Shown here: positions 1 through 12,384 of the stretch, one piece after another
Layout: the number at the start of each line of letters is the position of its first letter
Position numbering within the stretch: position 1 is the stretch's first letter
DNA from: Octopus sinensis
Taxonomy: Eukaryota
Length of the DNA: 64,000 nucleotides
Assembly: GCF_006345805.1 (NCBI RefSeq)
Contig: NC_043004.1
Span: 46,066,001 to 46,130,000, forward strand
Direction of reading: 5' to 3'
Position numbers and translations under genes: made by a program
Notes under the pieces: model-generated
What the model saw: the letters and a program-made list of their open reading frames with translations, nothing else
The model's database searches: none
What the model was told of the DNA's origin: nothing

Positions 1-715
1 ATATTATAATCACAGGGCAAAATCGATAATAAGATTCCAGATTCTATCACAACCGCCATTTTACTCAATATAAATACAGTGAATGCTTCAAGAACAAAGT
101 ACAATTTAATTAGGAGTGAAGAATTTATATGTATCAATAAATTTCCTTGTCACTGAATATTGTTCTCATGTGTCTCTTTATCACACTCATGAATTCCATT
201 TATTTTCTTTACCTTTCCATTCCGTCTGTCCCAACATCACTCCCTTTATATTTCTCTTTATCTATCATCACACCATTTCTCTAGCTTTCTCTAACTTTCT
301 CTGTATCTCTCTTGTTTCCTTTAGCCCTCACCATCTTCATTACATATATTCCTGTCTTTATCTGTTGTTATATTTCTGTTCTTATGAAATCTATTTATCT
401 TCCACAATATCCGCTATCGGATAGATTTAAAGCAATGTTAGAAAGTAGGAATTCTGAACATGGCACAGCAGTCTACTTTAACCCTCCTAAGTCAATTCAA
501 TCTGCAGTTCTAAGGTCTCGCGGACAAACACACACATTCATACGTATATGTATGCATGTATGTATGTCTGTCTGTATGTCTGTATGCATGTATATATATA
601 TTTATTTATGTATGTATAATAATATTTAAATGTAAGCTTCGAGCATCTAAGTGTACGAAGTTAGTAGGCTTTGAGCAGTTTGTAGAAAATATACAAACCA
701 ATTTTCAGAGGAGGC

Positions 716-754
716 AATAGTTACTCAACGAGTACTCCTCGTTGAGTAACTATT
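716..754. other. Perfect 17-bp inverted repeat (hairpin) with 5-nt loop
   Basis: AATAGTTACTCAACGAG (716-732), loop TACTC, then CTCGTTGAGTAACTATT (738-754), the exact reverse complement. Confidence 0.9.
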
Positions 755-849
755 TCTTCCGAGGTTCCCCTAGCCTGGAAAAATATGTAGCCTGGGTTTT
801 ACCTAGTCCATTTCCTCATAGAGCATTAAGAATCATCAATTCTTATTTT

Positions 850-1036
850 GTCAGTGATCGGGTTGCGGTCTCAAAGCGACAAAAATATTTTGGCAAATTA
901 AAATTAAATGTTGAAGTGCATCCAACGGTTTTTGTGTGCTTTTAAATGGCTTATAAACACATTCCACACTGCAATTATTTCCGTTTCAGCACACGATCTC
1001 AGATCAGGTGACTTATTATGCAAGTACATCTCCGTA

Positions 1037-1037
<1 letters not shown>
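850..1037 (+). repeat. Unclassified interspersed repeat, copy 1
   Basis: Aligns by eye with 51557-51685 (GCGGTCT..AAATATTTTG.CAAATTAAA.TTAAA.GTTGAAGTG..TTAAATGGCTTA..TCCAC.CTGCAATTA). Confidence 0.75.
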
Positions 1038-1113
<76 letters not shown>

Positions 1114-1128
1114 ACACACACACACACA

Positions 1129-1173
<45 letters not shown>
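1037..1173. repeat. (CA)n followed by (TA)n microsatellite
   Basis: Direct reading of the sequence. Confidence 0.95.
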
Positions 1174-1174
<1 letters not shown>

Positions 1175-2420
1175 CAGGTTGAGTAAACATTAAGCAACGT
1201 ATTAAATTATGAGGGATTTGTACCAGATTTTAGCAGAGTTCTGAAATTTTTAAGCATTTTTTTGCAATTGTCTGTTAGTAGATATATAGACTCATCCAAT
1301 TCCTCAATAAAGTAGTATTGATGCTTTTCTTTCACCGTTGTTATAATCATCTGGAACAGAATTGTCAGAGCGCGATATTCAAGTAGTTTTGCTTCAAAAA
1401 AGACAAAGCAGCTGAAACCGCTCGCGATATCAACGAAATGTTTGATGAGGAAATGACCAATGAGTGCTAAGCTCGAAAATGGTTTAAACGATATTGCAGA
1501 GGCGACCTGAGCCTCCAAAATCGTTAGACTACTGGTCGCCCATCTGTCATCGATGATGATCAATTAAAGTCCGTCATTGAGAAATGTCCATGTAAAACCA
1601 CTTGAAAACTGGTAAAAGAACTTAGTGAAACAGAAAACTGCCTGTAGCCATTTGCATGCCATCGGAAAATGGAAAAAAGCTCGATACATATGTAACACAC
1701 GATTTGAAGGAAAATCAGAAAATGCACAGATATGTAATTTGCTTGTGGCTTCTTCTCCGTAACAAGACCGATCCATTTCTCGACCGTATTGTAACTTCCG
1801 ATGAAAAGTGGATCTGTACAATAGTAAAAAACTTTTTTAGCAGTTGTTGGACTAAAATGAAGCAGCGAAAACATTCACTAAACCCGAGCTGTTCAAAAAG
1901 AAGGTTATGGCGACTTTTTAGTAGTTTACTGCTGGACTCATCCACTATAATTTCTTAAAACCCGGAAAAGCAATCACTGCAGAAACATATTACCATGAAA
2001 TTGCCAAAATGAATGAAAATCTGCTACTCCTCTGTCCCAGGCTGGTCAACAGAAGAGGGCCAATCATTTTTGATGACAATATTCGACCACATATTTCAAT
2101 AATGAACTCCAGAATTTGAGGGAAATTGGCTACAAAGTGCCTCTCCATCCAGCTTATTCCCCAGACCTTTCTCCTACCGACTACCACTTTCTCAAGCATC
2201 GGTTTAAAAATCAAACCGATGCTGAAAGTGCGTTCAAAAAGTTCATCAGCTCCATAACTCCACATTTTTATGTTTCCAGAATAAACAAACTTGCAACTCG
2301 TTGTCGATAACGTGTTGATTTTAATGGTACTAACTTTGATGAATAAAATTTCCACATTGTTGAAATACATTGTAACGTATTTCATATTTTAGAACGTTGC
2401 TTACTTTTTACTTAGACAGA
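1174..2420 (+). mobile_element. Full-length decayed mariner (DD34D-type) transposon
   Basis: Broken frames give FLDRIVTSDEKW, IIFDDNIRPH and HPAYSPDLSPTDYH. Degenerate TIRs: TCAGGTTGAGTAAACATTAAGCAACGT (1174-1200) and ACGTTGCTTACTTTTTACTTAGACAGA (2394-2420). Flanked by TA; about 1.25 kb; many stops and frameshifts. Confidence 0.92.
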
Positions 2421-3145
2421 TATATATATATACTCACACACACACACACACATACGCACGCAAACACATACGCACATACATACACACATACATACACACA
2501 AAAATATATGTGTGAATGTATATTGTGTGTGTGTGTGTGTGTGCGTACATAAAATTTAATCTTCATTAAATATGACCAAGGGTGCGAGTACTAATATTGC
2601 TAGAAATGAAAGTTAGAGACTCTTAATGCTGTAACAATATATATTCATTGACAGGGGACATAACCGTCCCATGTCCATCTATATATATGTATGTATGTAT
2701 GTATACACGCACATATATTTCCACACAAACACATAAAAATATACATGCATATATGTGTGTATGTGTGCCTGCGTACGAGAGTATGCGTGAACGATTGTGT
2801 GTGAGTGAGGGTATGTTTATGTGTTCGTGTATATGTGTTTGAAGTATATTGCATTTTGCATTAGTAGGCTAAACATATTACCATAAAATGTTACTTTATT
2901 ACTAAATTTGATGTTTACACGCGTACAAATACCCACATGCACATACGTCTCCCCACCGCACATAAGTATCTTTGTGTTTATAACTTGAAATATTATTATA
3001 AATAAATATATACATATATAGTAAAGTAGATAGATAGGTAGCTAGCGAGCTAGTTAAACGGATAATTAGGAAGGTAAATATGTTTACAGATAGATAAATA
3101 GATAGAGAAATGCATAGAGAGACAGAGAAAGAGAGGTACACACAC

Positions 3146-3218
3146 ATGCATGCATGCATACATACATACATACATACATACATACATACATACATACATA
3201 CATACATACATACATACC
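3146..3218. repeat. (ATAC)n tetranucleotide microsatellite
   Basis: Direct reading of the sequence. Confidence 0.95.
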
Positions 3219-3229
3219 TTCCAAAGTGT

Positions 3230-3445
3230 CGGGAGCAAACTATGGCTGAACTCGAGATTTTGGGTCGAGGAAAATTCTCAATTCACTCTCTACAAATGAT
3301 CACGATATCAGAGACGGCATAAATCATCAACGTATACACCATATGCTACCTAGAGTAGAAGACAATTGTCCAAGCTACTAGGCTGTGGAACTGAACCCGA
3401 AAGCCCGTGTTTACAAAACGAGCTTCTGAAACACACAGCCACGCC
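3230..3445 (-). mobile_element. Degenerate 5' part of tRNA-derived SINE family A
   Basis: Reverse complement GGCGTGGCTGTGTG..GGGTTCAGTTCCAC..TTGGACAATTGTCTTCTACTCT matches the head of the 43416 copy. Confidence 0.7.
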
Positions 3446-4563
3446 AGTGTATATGTATATTTCTACCTATTTCTAAGCTCCCCCACTCTCCCTACACCTC
3501 TCTCCCCCCTCTCTCCATATATCTATCTCTATATATTCATCCATCTCTATATATTTATCTATCTCTCCTTATATATATATATAGAGAGAGAGCAGTTCTA
3601 CATTTAAGAGATGGGGATTTATGTACATTATTTACATTATTTACAGAAGACACATTAATAAGACATACAAATCTGCGCATATACAGACATGTATTCATAC
3701 ATGCATACATACGTAAATACATACATATATACATACATCCACATTAGCTTTGTTGCTAGGATTCTGCAAAATTTATCATTCATTAATTTTGAGAATTATT
3801 AATATTTCATTTAGAATATTTTTTTTGAGGCAAACCATATAACATCTGTGTCAAGATATAGCATTATGATTTAAGTTAATCCAAGAAATCTTCCTTTTTA
3901 CCGGTAATGTAAGTGGTTTTCCTCAAATAGCATTCTGTGTAATACTGGCATACACACATATACACACATGCATACACATGCACAGACTCTGAACCTGTCT
4001 CACCCTCTCTCTCTGTATCTCACTGCACCTCTACCTCTCTCTCTCTCTCTCTCTCTCTGTCTTTGTGTCTCTTTTCATCTCTACCACTTTCTCTTTCTCT
4101 CTCTCTTTCTCTGTCTCTCTCTCCATCTCACTCTCTCTCTCTTTTCAATCTACACGCACATGCCGTTTGAATTATGTTCAGACGGATCGCCTAAAACAAC
4201 TAATTATGTCGGGACATAATTGCCTTATCAGAAAACTATTGTTTTGAGCAAATATATTGGAAACGATATTTCGTAATTCGAAATGTAGCATTTTACGAAG
4301 AAAAAAAATAATAAAAACAAGCCTTAAAGTAATTTGTGGGTATTGATGTTTTTAAGAGTTGGTCAAATAATAAAATAATTGAATATGCATTTTGTGTGTT
4401 TCGAGTTTATTTTCCATTAGCTCATCTGCAGAAACGATGTTGCCATATGTCTGACAGCGAAATAAAGTATTTAAATTATATACAACCCGTGGAAGTACAT
4501 AGAATTATATTGCGCTTTTAAATGCGACAATAACTGGAATTAAAAGTAAACAAATGTTTCTAC

Positions 4564-4766
4564 GGATCTTTTCGGTTTGAACGGCAGTTTTTAACATAAT
4601 TTCTAGGTAACTAAAAAAATTTTAAACTTCGTATACTGGTAAAATGTGTTTATAAAACATCATTTTCTCTTGGTTTTCTTGAGAAAATTCTGTAGTTTGT
4701 AACATATTTCGTCCTTAATTTCTTGCATTTCGGCAATTTCAATATGACACCGCTAGAAAAACTGCC
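4564..4766. mobile_element. Internally deleted copy of the GGATCTTTTCGG-TIR MITE
   Basis: Starts GGATCTTTTCGGTTTGAACGGCAG and matches both ends of the 47225-47666 element. A more diverged relative lies at about 4878-5160. Confidence 0.75.
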
Positions 4767-5649
4767 ATTTTCTCTAGCTCTTATATTAAACGGAATCCTA
4801 CGAGCAAATACATTTATAATCTATTAGGTACTACACATATCCGTAGATTTGTTGTGACAAACATTGTAATACAAAAGAGGATCTTTACCTTTTACCAACA
4901 GATTTTAAAATAATTTTTTAGTAACTAAACACTTTCAAACTTCGGACACTGGTAGAATGTGCCATATAAAACATATTTTACTCTTCGCAATTTTGAGAAA
5001 AGCTGATATTTAGGAAGTTATTTCACGTTATAGTTGTAGTATTTCGGTAATTACAACCAATCAATGACGTGTATTCAGCTGAGTAAAATTACTGCTGTTG
5101 TTTTCAACAAGAACTTCCGGCGGTGTATATTTCGTTTGAGACTGTTATATGTTCTATTACTATATGAGATACAAATGTTTATTGAAATCATTTAGTTATT
5201 TGTCTAAAGGATATTTGCTTAGTTTTCTTGATGTAAAATCAGGATGCCAAGTAGTAGTAGGCATTGAAAACTCTGAGACGTTATTAGCCTAAAATTCCTC
5301 TACCACTTAAACTTCAACATAAATAAATTTTGACATTTATTTTACCCCATCCTATATCTATAAATAGAAAAATTCTTTGTCTCCATCCAACCGAAAATCC
5401 CTTCCTCCCCACTAACAGATTTAAATAACTAAAGAAAAAATCTATAGTCAGAAGGTAAATTTTAATACTATTATGTTCTTAACAATCAAATCAACGTCTC
5501 TGTCTGTATATCTACATTCTTTATAATGTTGACCAAAGAAAATGGAAATAAGTATATATATTGTCCGTTTGATGGAAGACTTCTATAAATGGCTGAAGAT
5601 TGCTCAACATTTTAAAACTGATGTAATACTTACAATGTTTAATAAAATG

Positions 5650-5802
5650 AAGTAGCATGAAACGATCGTACCAAATTACCGAAGATATACTTGTTGCTTA
5701 TTTTTATTATAATCAACCCATGGATTTATATGGATAATACCATACAAAATTCTGGTGCCTCTGACTTAAGTACCATACTCATTTGAATCTAAATTTTGCT
5801 GA

Positions 5803-5806
<4 letters not shown>
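5650..5806 (-). mobile_element. Penelope pLTR-like repeat fragment (same family as 32885-33086)
   Basis: AGTAGCATGAAACGATCGTAC..TTGTTGCTTATTTT.ATTATAATCA..GGATAATACCATACA..GGTGCCT.TGACTTAAGTACCATA matches 32885-33086. It abuts (AT)n. The PLE assignment is inferred from the hammerhead-like core in the other copy. Confidence 0.6.
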
Positions 5807-5840
<34 letters not shown>

Positions 5841-5869
5841 ATATATATATATATATATATAATATATAT

Positions 5870-5943
<74 letters not shown>

Positions 5944-5944
5944 T
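5806..5944. repeat. (AT)n microsatellite, one of many (e.g. 6713-6785, 7266-7568, 16576-16735, 57690-57790)
   Basis: Direct reading; these tracts produce the poly-Ile/Tyr ORFs in the track. Confidence 0.95.
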
Positions 5945-6107
5945 GTGTGTGGGTGTATGTATGTTGATATGTATGCATCTTTGAGTGAGAATATTGTATA
6001 CAATGACTTCCGAGTGATATTCAACCCTTGACCAAAATTCGAAAGTTCTGGTTTGAAAATAATGATTTTGTAATCTATAAAGCATACAGTGATTCATCAA
6101 AATAGCG

Positions 6108-6146
<39 letters not shown>

Positions 6147-6416
6147 ATTATCTGCCAACATAATGCAGCAGTTCCGGTCTTCAGCTGGCTATACGACACA
6201 ATATCTGCGTCCTTATATTTTCGAAGAGGAGAGTTCACCATCTCCACTCAACACAAAGAAATATCTGTGGACTGCGGTTTCTCAGTTATTTCCTTTCCTC
6301 GGCACAGAATAACTGCTTGGCTCGAGATGGCGCAGCTAAAAACCTGTTCACAAATATATATAATTTTCAAAGTGACATCCAGTCTCTAATCTAATAAATA
6401 GAAACATTATAATTTG

Positions 6417-6705
6417 TAAATCTCTCAACGGGAGACATTCAGTAACGGTATTCTAAAGTAAAGGTTATTTGCCAACATAATGTGGCAGTTACAGTTGGGA
6501 GGAATGTTACTGTGATTTCGCCCCAGAAATATCCTTTCTAGCTGGCTATACGACACAGAGACGATGCCTTCTAGAGTTAAATAACAGTAACATTCGTCCC
6601 AACCAGGACTGCCAGTGTGCTGGCAAATAATCTTTACTTTAGAATACTTTATTATAATCTTTACTTTAGAATACTGTTACTAAGCGACTCTCTTTGAGAG
6701 TTTTA
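6417..6705. mobile_element. Foldback/MITE-like imperfect palindrome
   Basis: Left arm 6417-6512 is the imperfect reverse complement of right arm 6584-6705 (GTATTCTAAAGTAAAGG/ATTATTTGCCA..GTTGGGA.GAATGTTACTGT). A partial extra copy lies at 6141-6205. Confidence 0.7.
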
Positions 6706-6708
6706 GAA

Positions 6709-6786
<78 letters not shown>

Positions 6787-6834
6787 CTGTATGTGCATAA
6801 GAGCAAATTCTAATATCCTTAAATCCTTAAAAAT

Positions 6835-6877
6835 GTTTTAGCCCGAAGGCCGCGGCCATGCTGGGGCAGCACCGCTG
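6835..6877 (-). repeat. Orphan SINE/LINE 3' tail
   Basis: Reverse complement GCGGTGCTGCCCCAGCATGGCCGCGGCCTTCGGGCTAAAAC resembles the tails at 40924 and 43756. Confidence 0.6.
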
Positions 6878-7283
6878 ATATACATATATTCGTGTACGTA
6901 CACAATAATGGTTAACATAGATCGAACATATTATAAGATATTACATATAGATTGATAGAGACGGTAAGGTGGTAGAAGAGGAGGGAGATACTCATAGATA
7001 GATACAGGAGAATATATGTATATATATATTATTGAACATAGTGTAAGATTTAATTAACATACTTTAATTCAAAGAGTATCATCACGAAATAAGGATGTGG
7101 AAGAAATATGCCGTTGCAGAATGTGATAAATCAAATATTAATACTTAGTTGGCAAACAATATAAGAAAAGCCAGCATATTGATTACTTAATTATATCTAT
7201 TCAGGTCTTTCTATGGATAAAATTTATCTGCATACAAGTGTATAAGTATATGTTTATATGTATGTATATATATATATATAATA

Positions 7284-7316
<33 letters not shown>

Positions 7317-7332
7317 GATATATATATGTATA

Positions 7333-7391
<59 letters not shown>

Positions 7392-7392
7392 G

Positions 7393-7445
<53 letters not shown>

Positions 7446-7781
7446 GTCTACATGTATATACATATATATATATCCATATATATATACATATATATGTATA
7501 TCTATATATGTATATATGTATATATATATATATAATATATAATAATATATATATATTATATATATACATGTTTCATAAGAGCTGGTGCACAAAGCTCTCG
7601 GCCCTTGCGTCACTCTATTGCTTCTGTTAAATATTGATAAAAATATTCATATACTCTTATTTTGAATTCTATTTCTGTTTACGTCGCCAAATCTAAAAAC
7701 ATACTTACATACATACATACATGCATACATACATACATACATACATACATACATACATACATACATACATACATACATACG

Positions 7782-7812
<31 letters not shown>

Positions 7813-7934
7813 GCATATATATGTATGTATTTATGTACATGACACGCAAAAGCGCAGACACACAACTAAGCCCTTAGACACATGGCTTACACGCACACAC
7901 ATACACACACATGAAGATGTATACGCTCAAATTA

Positions 7935-9384
7935 AGTAACTTATCATTAGCAAGCGTATTCTCGATACCATCATCTCTGACATCAAAAGGCTATGGTGTT
8001 GACTGAATGGAACTCCAGCGCAGCTGTAATAGACTGGTTCCGCGGTTTCGAAAACAAATCAGGCTGACGATTCCTCCAGTTCGATATTGTTGACTTCTAC
8101 ACTTCCATATCTAAGCCTCTTCTCCTATATGCCCTAAATTTTGATCAACAATTTACCTGTAATAGTGATCTTGATAACAGGATCATCATGAATGCCAGAC
8201 AGTCAATTTTGCTGCATAATGATTCCTTCTGGCTTAAAAAAGATGATTCATTATTTGATGTCGCTATGGGGAACTTTGACGTGGCTGAAATTGCCGAAAT
8301 CGTTGGGTTATATATTTTGGTTACTCTCAGCCCTCTATAAGGACAATAACCTGGCCTCCCTGAGCCATATGAATGACCACGCCATGGACTGGTTAAGGAA
8401 TCACTTACTGAGAATATACAAAATGTTCGGCTTGTCCATAACGGCTACTACCAAACTGACTACCGGCTTGAACTTAACCTTACACCTATATACGAGCAAA
8501 TACTACAAAGAAACGGTTTATATCCACAAGTGCTCAAACCCACTGTCGTTTCAATTAGAAATCTGGTTTCAGGCATTGGCAAACGGGTGTCTAAACTCTC
8601 AGCCAATATGGAGATATTTAATAATGCACCCCCACCCCACAATACAACGATGCTTCTGCTAGGAGCTGATTTTCTGAGAAGCTTCATTATGTGGACGAAC
8701 ACCAAAATCCCATCTGGTATAACCAAAACGCCATTTCGCTTATAAATTTCTACCAACGTACACAGGAGCTTACTGCCGTTAATAGAGAAACATTTCTCTA
8801 GAGGCCATAAATATTACAAACTTTTCAACCCTTTAATGTCAAGCTAAGCTACTCTTGCTTAGACAACACCCCATTTAACATCGCACCAACAGACGTAAAA
8901 ACGCAGTCAACCCCACCCCCAACTCCAACCTGTAACTTAAGAAATCTTACCACCTGCCCTCTTGGAGGATCCTGCTTCTCGAGGACTGTAGTATATAGAA
9001 CCACCCTTACAGTATCTGACAGCATTACTAGGCACTACACAGGCATTACACCCAATGACTTCAATGGAAGAAATTCCCAGCACTTGCATGCATTTAGATC
9101 CAGGGACAGAGAACTGCACCTCCCTGACACGCTTTCTTTCGAGATTGCGTGATCTCTGAGACGAAACACTCAGCATCAACTGCACTTTTATCAACAGGGT
9201 GACACCATATTCTTCTGGAGCCCCTAATTGCCTGCTAAGCTTCTACGAAAAGCTTCATATCCTCTACCAACCTGCAATATCTATCAACAACAATTATGAG
9301 GCGTCATATTGCTGTCACCAGAGGTACCCCCTTCTGGCAAATTTAAAACCAATAGCCGCCGACAAGCCGGATATACATTATTAG
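7935..9384 (+). mobile_element. Decayed Penelope-like retroelement (RT plus C-terminal GIY-YIG), probably Naiad-type
   Basis: Frames give WNSSAAVIDWF, RFLQFDIVDFYTSIS, FDVAMGNFDVAEIAEIVGLYIL, LYKDNNL (YxDD-derived), IEKHFSRGHKYYKLFN, CPLGGSC..VVYR, HYTGITPNDFNGR and PYSSGAPNCLLSFYEK. Multiple frameshifts and stops. The non-coding 3' part probably continues to about 10277, interrupted by an RY tract. Confidence 0.85.
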
Positions 9385-10275
9385 TACCAGCCAACCCTAG
9401 CACTACCTACACCAAAGTCACCGTGAACAGCATGAACAGCACCGGAAATCACCAATTCCCTGCACTTCCTTATCCCTGTCTACCCTCATATTCTCACCCC
9501 TTGTACATTACCCTTTGTGCATGACCACACGAGTATGGGTACGTGTGCGTGAGTGCGCATATGTATCTTCTCACCGTACACGGATGTGTGCGAGGGCATA
9601 CATGTGCGCGCGTGCACGCCCATATACATGTGCACCCGTGCGCATGCATGTCTGTACACGTGCATGCTCGTGGGGGCGCTCGCTTGTGCTCGTGCACATG
9701 TGCAAATGTAGATAGAAATAAAGGTGTAGACGTGTGCGTGTGTACTTGTCAACGTGTGTAGATGTGATGGACGTGTGTGTATATGTGTGCGGGTGTATCT
9801 CTGTGTATGTGTTTGTGCACGCGCGCGGTTGTGTGAATGCACATCAAGGCACGCATAAACAGTTGTGTAAATAATGATGCATACAGGCAGATATATGGGC
9901 ATATATATGTACATATACATATTTAGTTCACATCCATTACTCCTTCCTACCTCCCCAACCGATATCTTGTCCACCACGCAGTCAGTCGATTTCCTGTTCA
10001 CCACGCGTTCGACTTCCTGTTCCTCATGCGGTATTTTCCATCTAACTACTTTTGCTGAATTCACCGACATCAATACCACGTGACCTTCGTCGTCCAGTCG
10101 TAAGCTAACGTCCAACATTAAACATGGACTCTCTTCAATCGAACTCTCACTCAGACTTCAATGGCGGGAGACTAACCACGTTCTTGAAAGTCAAAGTACA
10201 AGGATTCTGGATCAAACTGGTTTGATCTATACATGTAGCTCCTAATAAAGCCCTTCTTTCGTTCGTCTACTCACT

Positions 10276-10314
<39 letters not shown>

Positions 10315-10699
10315 AGAGAGAGAGAGAGAGAGGGGGGGAGAGATTAAGAAATGGAGTTAAAAGCAGGTGTTATTGAAATCTTTATACTTCTGACATATGT
10401 TTCGAAAAAGACATTGATATTACTCCAATGGGAATAAAATGATGTAAAACAATGCAATCATATCGTCAGGAACAAAAAAGGAACAAAACGCATCAATAAG
10501 CCAATTTAACTGAATGTGACTACAGCGTCTATGATGAAGAGGTTATATTTTTAAAATATATATTTTTAATAGATTTAAAATCAAAGGCAACTTAGAGAAA
10601 GAGGAGGAGAAAGAAAAAAATAATAGAAAATTAATAGTGGAGAAATATTGTACGATAGATGAATGGGAATAAAGCTTAAAAGCGTGGAAATAGATATGG

Positions 10700-11112
10700 T
10701 TAGTATCTACACTGTGTACCTTAAAGAACAGCCGCAAGAGAGGTAATCCCTGTTCATTGTAAAACAACATGAGTGAAGTGAAATCCATCAGAAATCATAA
10801 CAGAAATGTTATGGTTTATACAGAAGGTGGAACATGTAAAGATTCCCATTTGATGTACGCTGCAGAATGCTAGAAACACAACTTAATTTATGTTGGCTGC
10901 ACAACAGAACAATTAAACAAAAGGTTTAATGGGCACAGATTCGACGTCAGGCACAATAACAATTGTTCGACAGAACCTGTTGAACAATTCGTTTCAAGCG
11001 GCTGCAATTTTCAAGAAGACCTAAAAGTGCATATTCTCAGAAAATATTCTAAATCTGCTTCGCTCTCACTTCTCAGAATGTATGAGGAGAAATATGTTTG
11101 CGATTATTAATA
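10700..11112 (+). mobile_element. Second Penelope-like GIY-YIG endonuclease relic (Neptune-like spacing)
   Basis: Translation EGGTCKDSHLMYAAEC*KHNLIYVGCTTEQLNKRFNGHRFDVRH..DLKVHIL..RMYEEKYVC contains the MYA..IYVG..RF..H GIY-YIG signature. Confidence 0.75.
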
Positions 11113-11491
11113 TCACGCGCTGAAGGAATGAATAAGATGACAAGAGAATATCATAAAATTTATAAAAAACTGTTTGATTAAATATTTTTCTTTCCATTTT
11201 TTCTGTCGTCTTCTTTCTTTTGTTTTTTTTTCTCTCTTTTTCTTTTCGCCTGTTATAAAATTGTAACTTAAGAACTGATGGTGTAATTCTATCAACGTGT
11301 AGTCACTAGTTGCTCTCGTTCATACTTTACGTTTAGATTTCTGTAATTTTGAACGTTTATCATTTCTTATTTTGAACTTGACAGACTCAGACATACTGTT
11401 GAACTATTGTTCAACTAATAAGATATATTACAATCGAATCGCGCTCTCCGTCTTCACTGTTTACCTATGTGAAGAGTTACGTTAATTCTTT

Positions 11492-11526
11492 TTAAAAATA
11501 TAATAATAACAATAATAATAATAATA

Positions 11527-11601
<75 letters not shown>

Positions 11602-11612
11602 TAATAATAATA
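11492..11612. repeat. (AAT)n microsatellite
   Basis: Direct reading of the sequence. Confidence 0.95.
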
Positions 11613-11659
11613 TCAAAAAATACCTTAGGAATGAAAACCCAGGTTCAAAATTTCTCGAA

Positions 11660-11706
11660 GGCACCTGATGAAGGCTGGAGGGTATATCAGCGGAAACATA
11701 TATGTA
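11660..11706 (+). ncRNA. Degenerate minimal hammerhead ribozyme motif
   Basis: CTGATGA (11665-11671), A, stem II GGCTG..CAGC(G), GAAAC (11693-11697), ATATAT, GTA. Stem I does not pair well. Confidence 0.55.
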
Positions 11707-11721
11707 AACATATATATGTAT

Positions 11722-11795
11722 ATGAGTGTCCAATAATACTATATTTGTTCTACGTCCTCGCGTTGCTGTGTCCTCTCTTCGTGTTTTCATGTTTG
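11722..11795 (-). mobile_element. pLTR-type repeat fragment, homologous to 40001-40080
   Basis: AATCCAAACATGAAAACACGAAGAGAGGACACAGCAACGCGAGGACGTAGAACAAATATAGTATTATTGGAC matches the 40001 copy in the opposite orientation. Confidence 0.75.
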
Positions 11796-11798
11796 GAT

Positions 11799-11836
<38 letters not shown>

Positions 11837-12384
11837 TACATAAATGGCAATTTCTCTCTCCCTGTGGCTCTTCGTGTATGTTTGAGAAAATCTTACTTTA
11901 AGTTCTCCTACACGATCGAACAGATCTTGGTTAAACTCGATACTTCCATGCGGTCACTTACGCACTTGGAATTTCAAAAACGTCGATAATCTTTAATCAG
12001 CATCGATTTTTCAAAACTCAATAGGACATTTCATTGCAACTTCTCATACGAATGAAATTTCCTGTGATAACTTTTAAAGTTTTCAACCGATTTTCTTGAA
12101 ATTTTATACTCATGTGGAATATGCGCTAAGGAGGTGTCAAAAATAATATATATTTTTTACTCAGCCCACTTAAGGAAAGCATAAGAGGATTTTTAATTAC
12201 AGCATTGTGTGCTAAAACATGTAACATGTGTTTTCTTAACACGTACACTTAAAGTTGTCGGTCACTATTGCATTCGATATTTGATTCTCACGATAAGTGG
12301 AACTATTCTCATAAAACAGTCATCAAATTATGTGCATGTACACTTAAAATTTTCTATCAGGCTGCTTTTGTAAGTATAAAATCT

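Noticed and set aside
9486-10118. 210-aa minus-strand ORF
   Set aside because: Mostly the RY tract, antisense to the PLE 3' region; no recognisable domain.
10390-10475. Minus-strand CTGACGA..GAAAC-ATAT-GTC hammerhead-like spacing
   Set aside because: Stems I and II do not pair convincingly; could be chance.
12361-12369. 9-nt microexon-like segment (TTTTCTATCAG|GCTGCTTTT|GTAAGT)
   Set aside because: Too short to distinguish from chance without RNA data.
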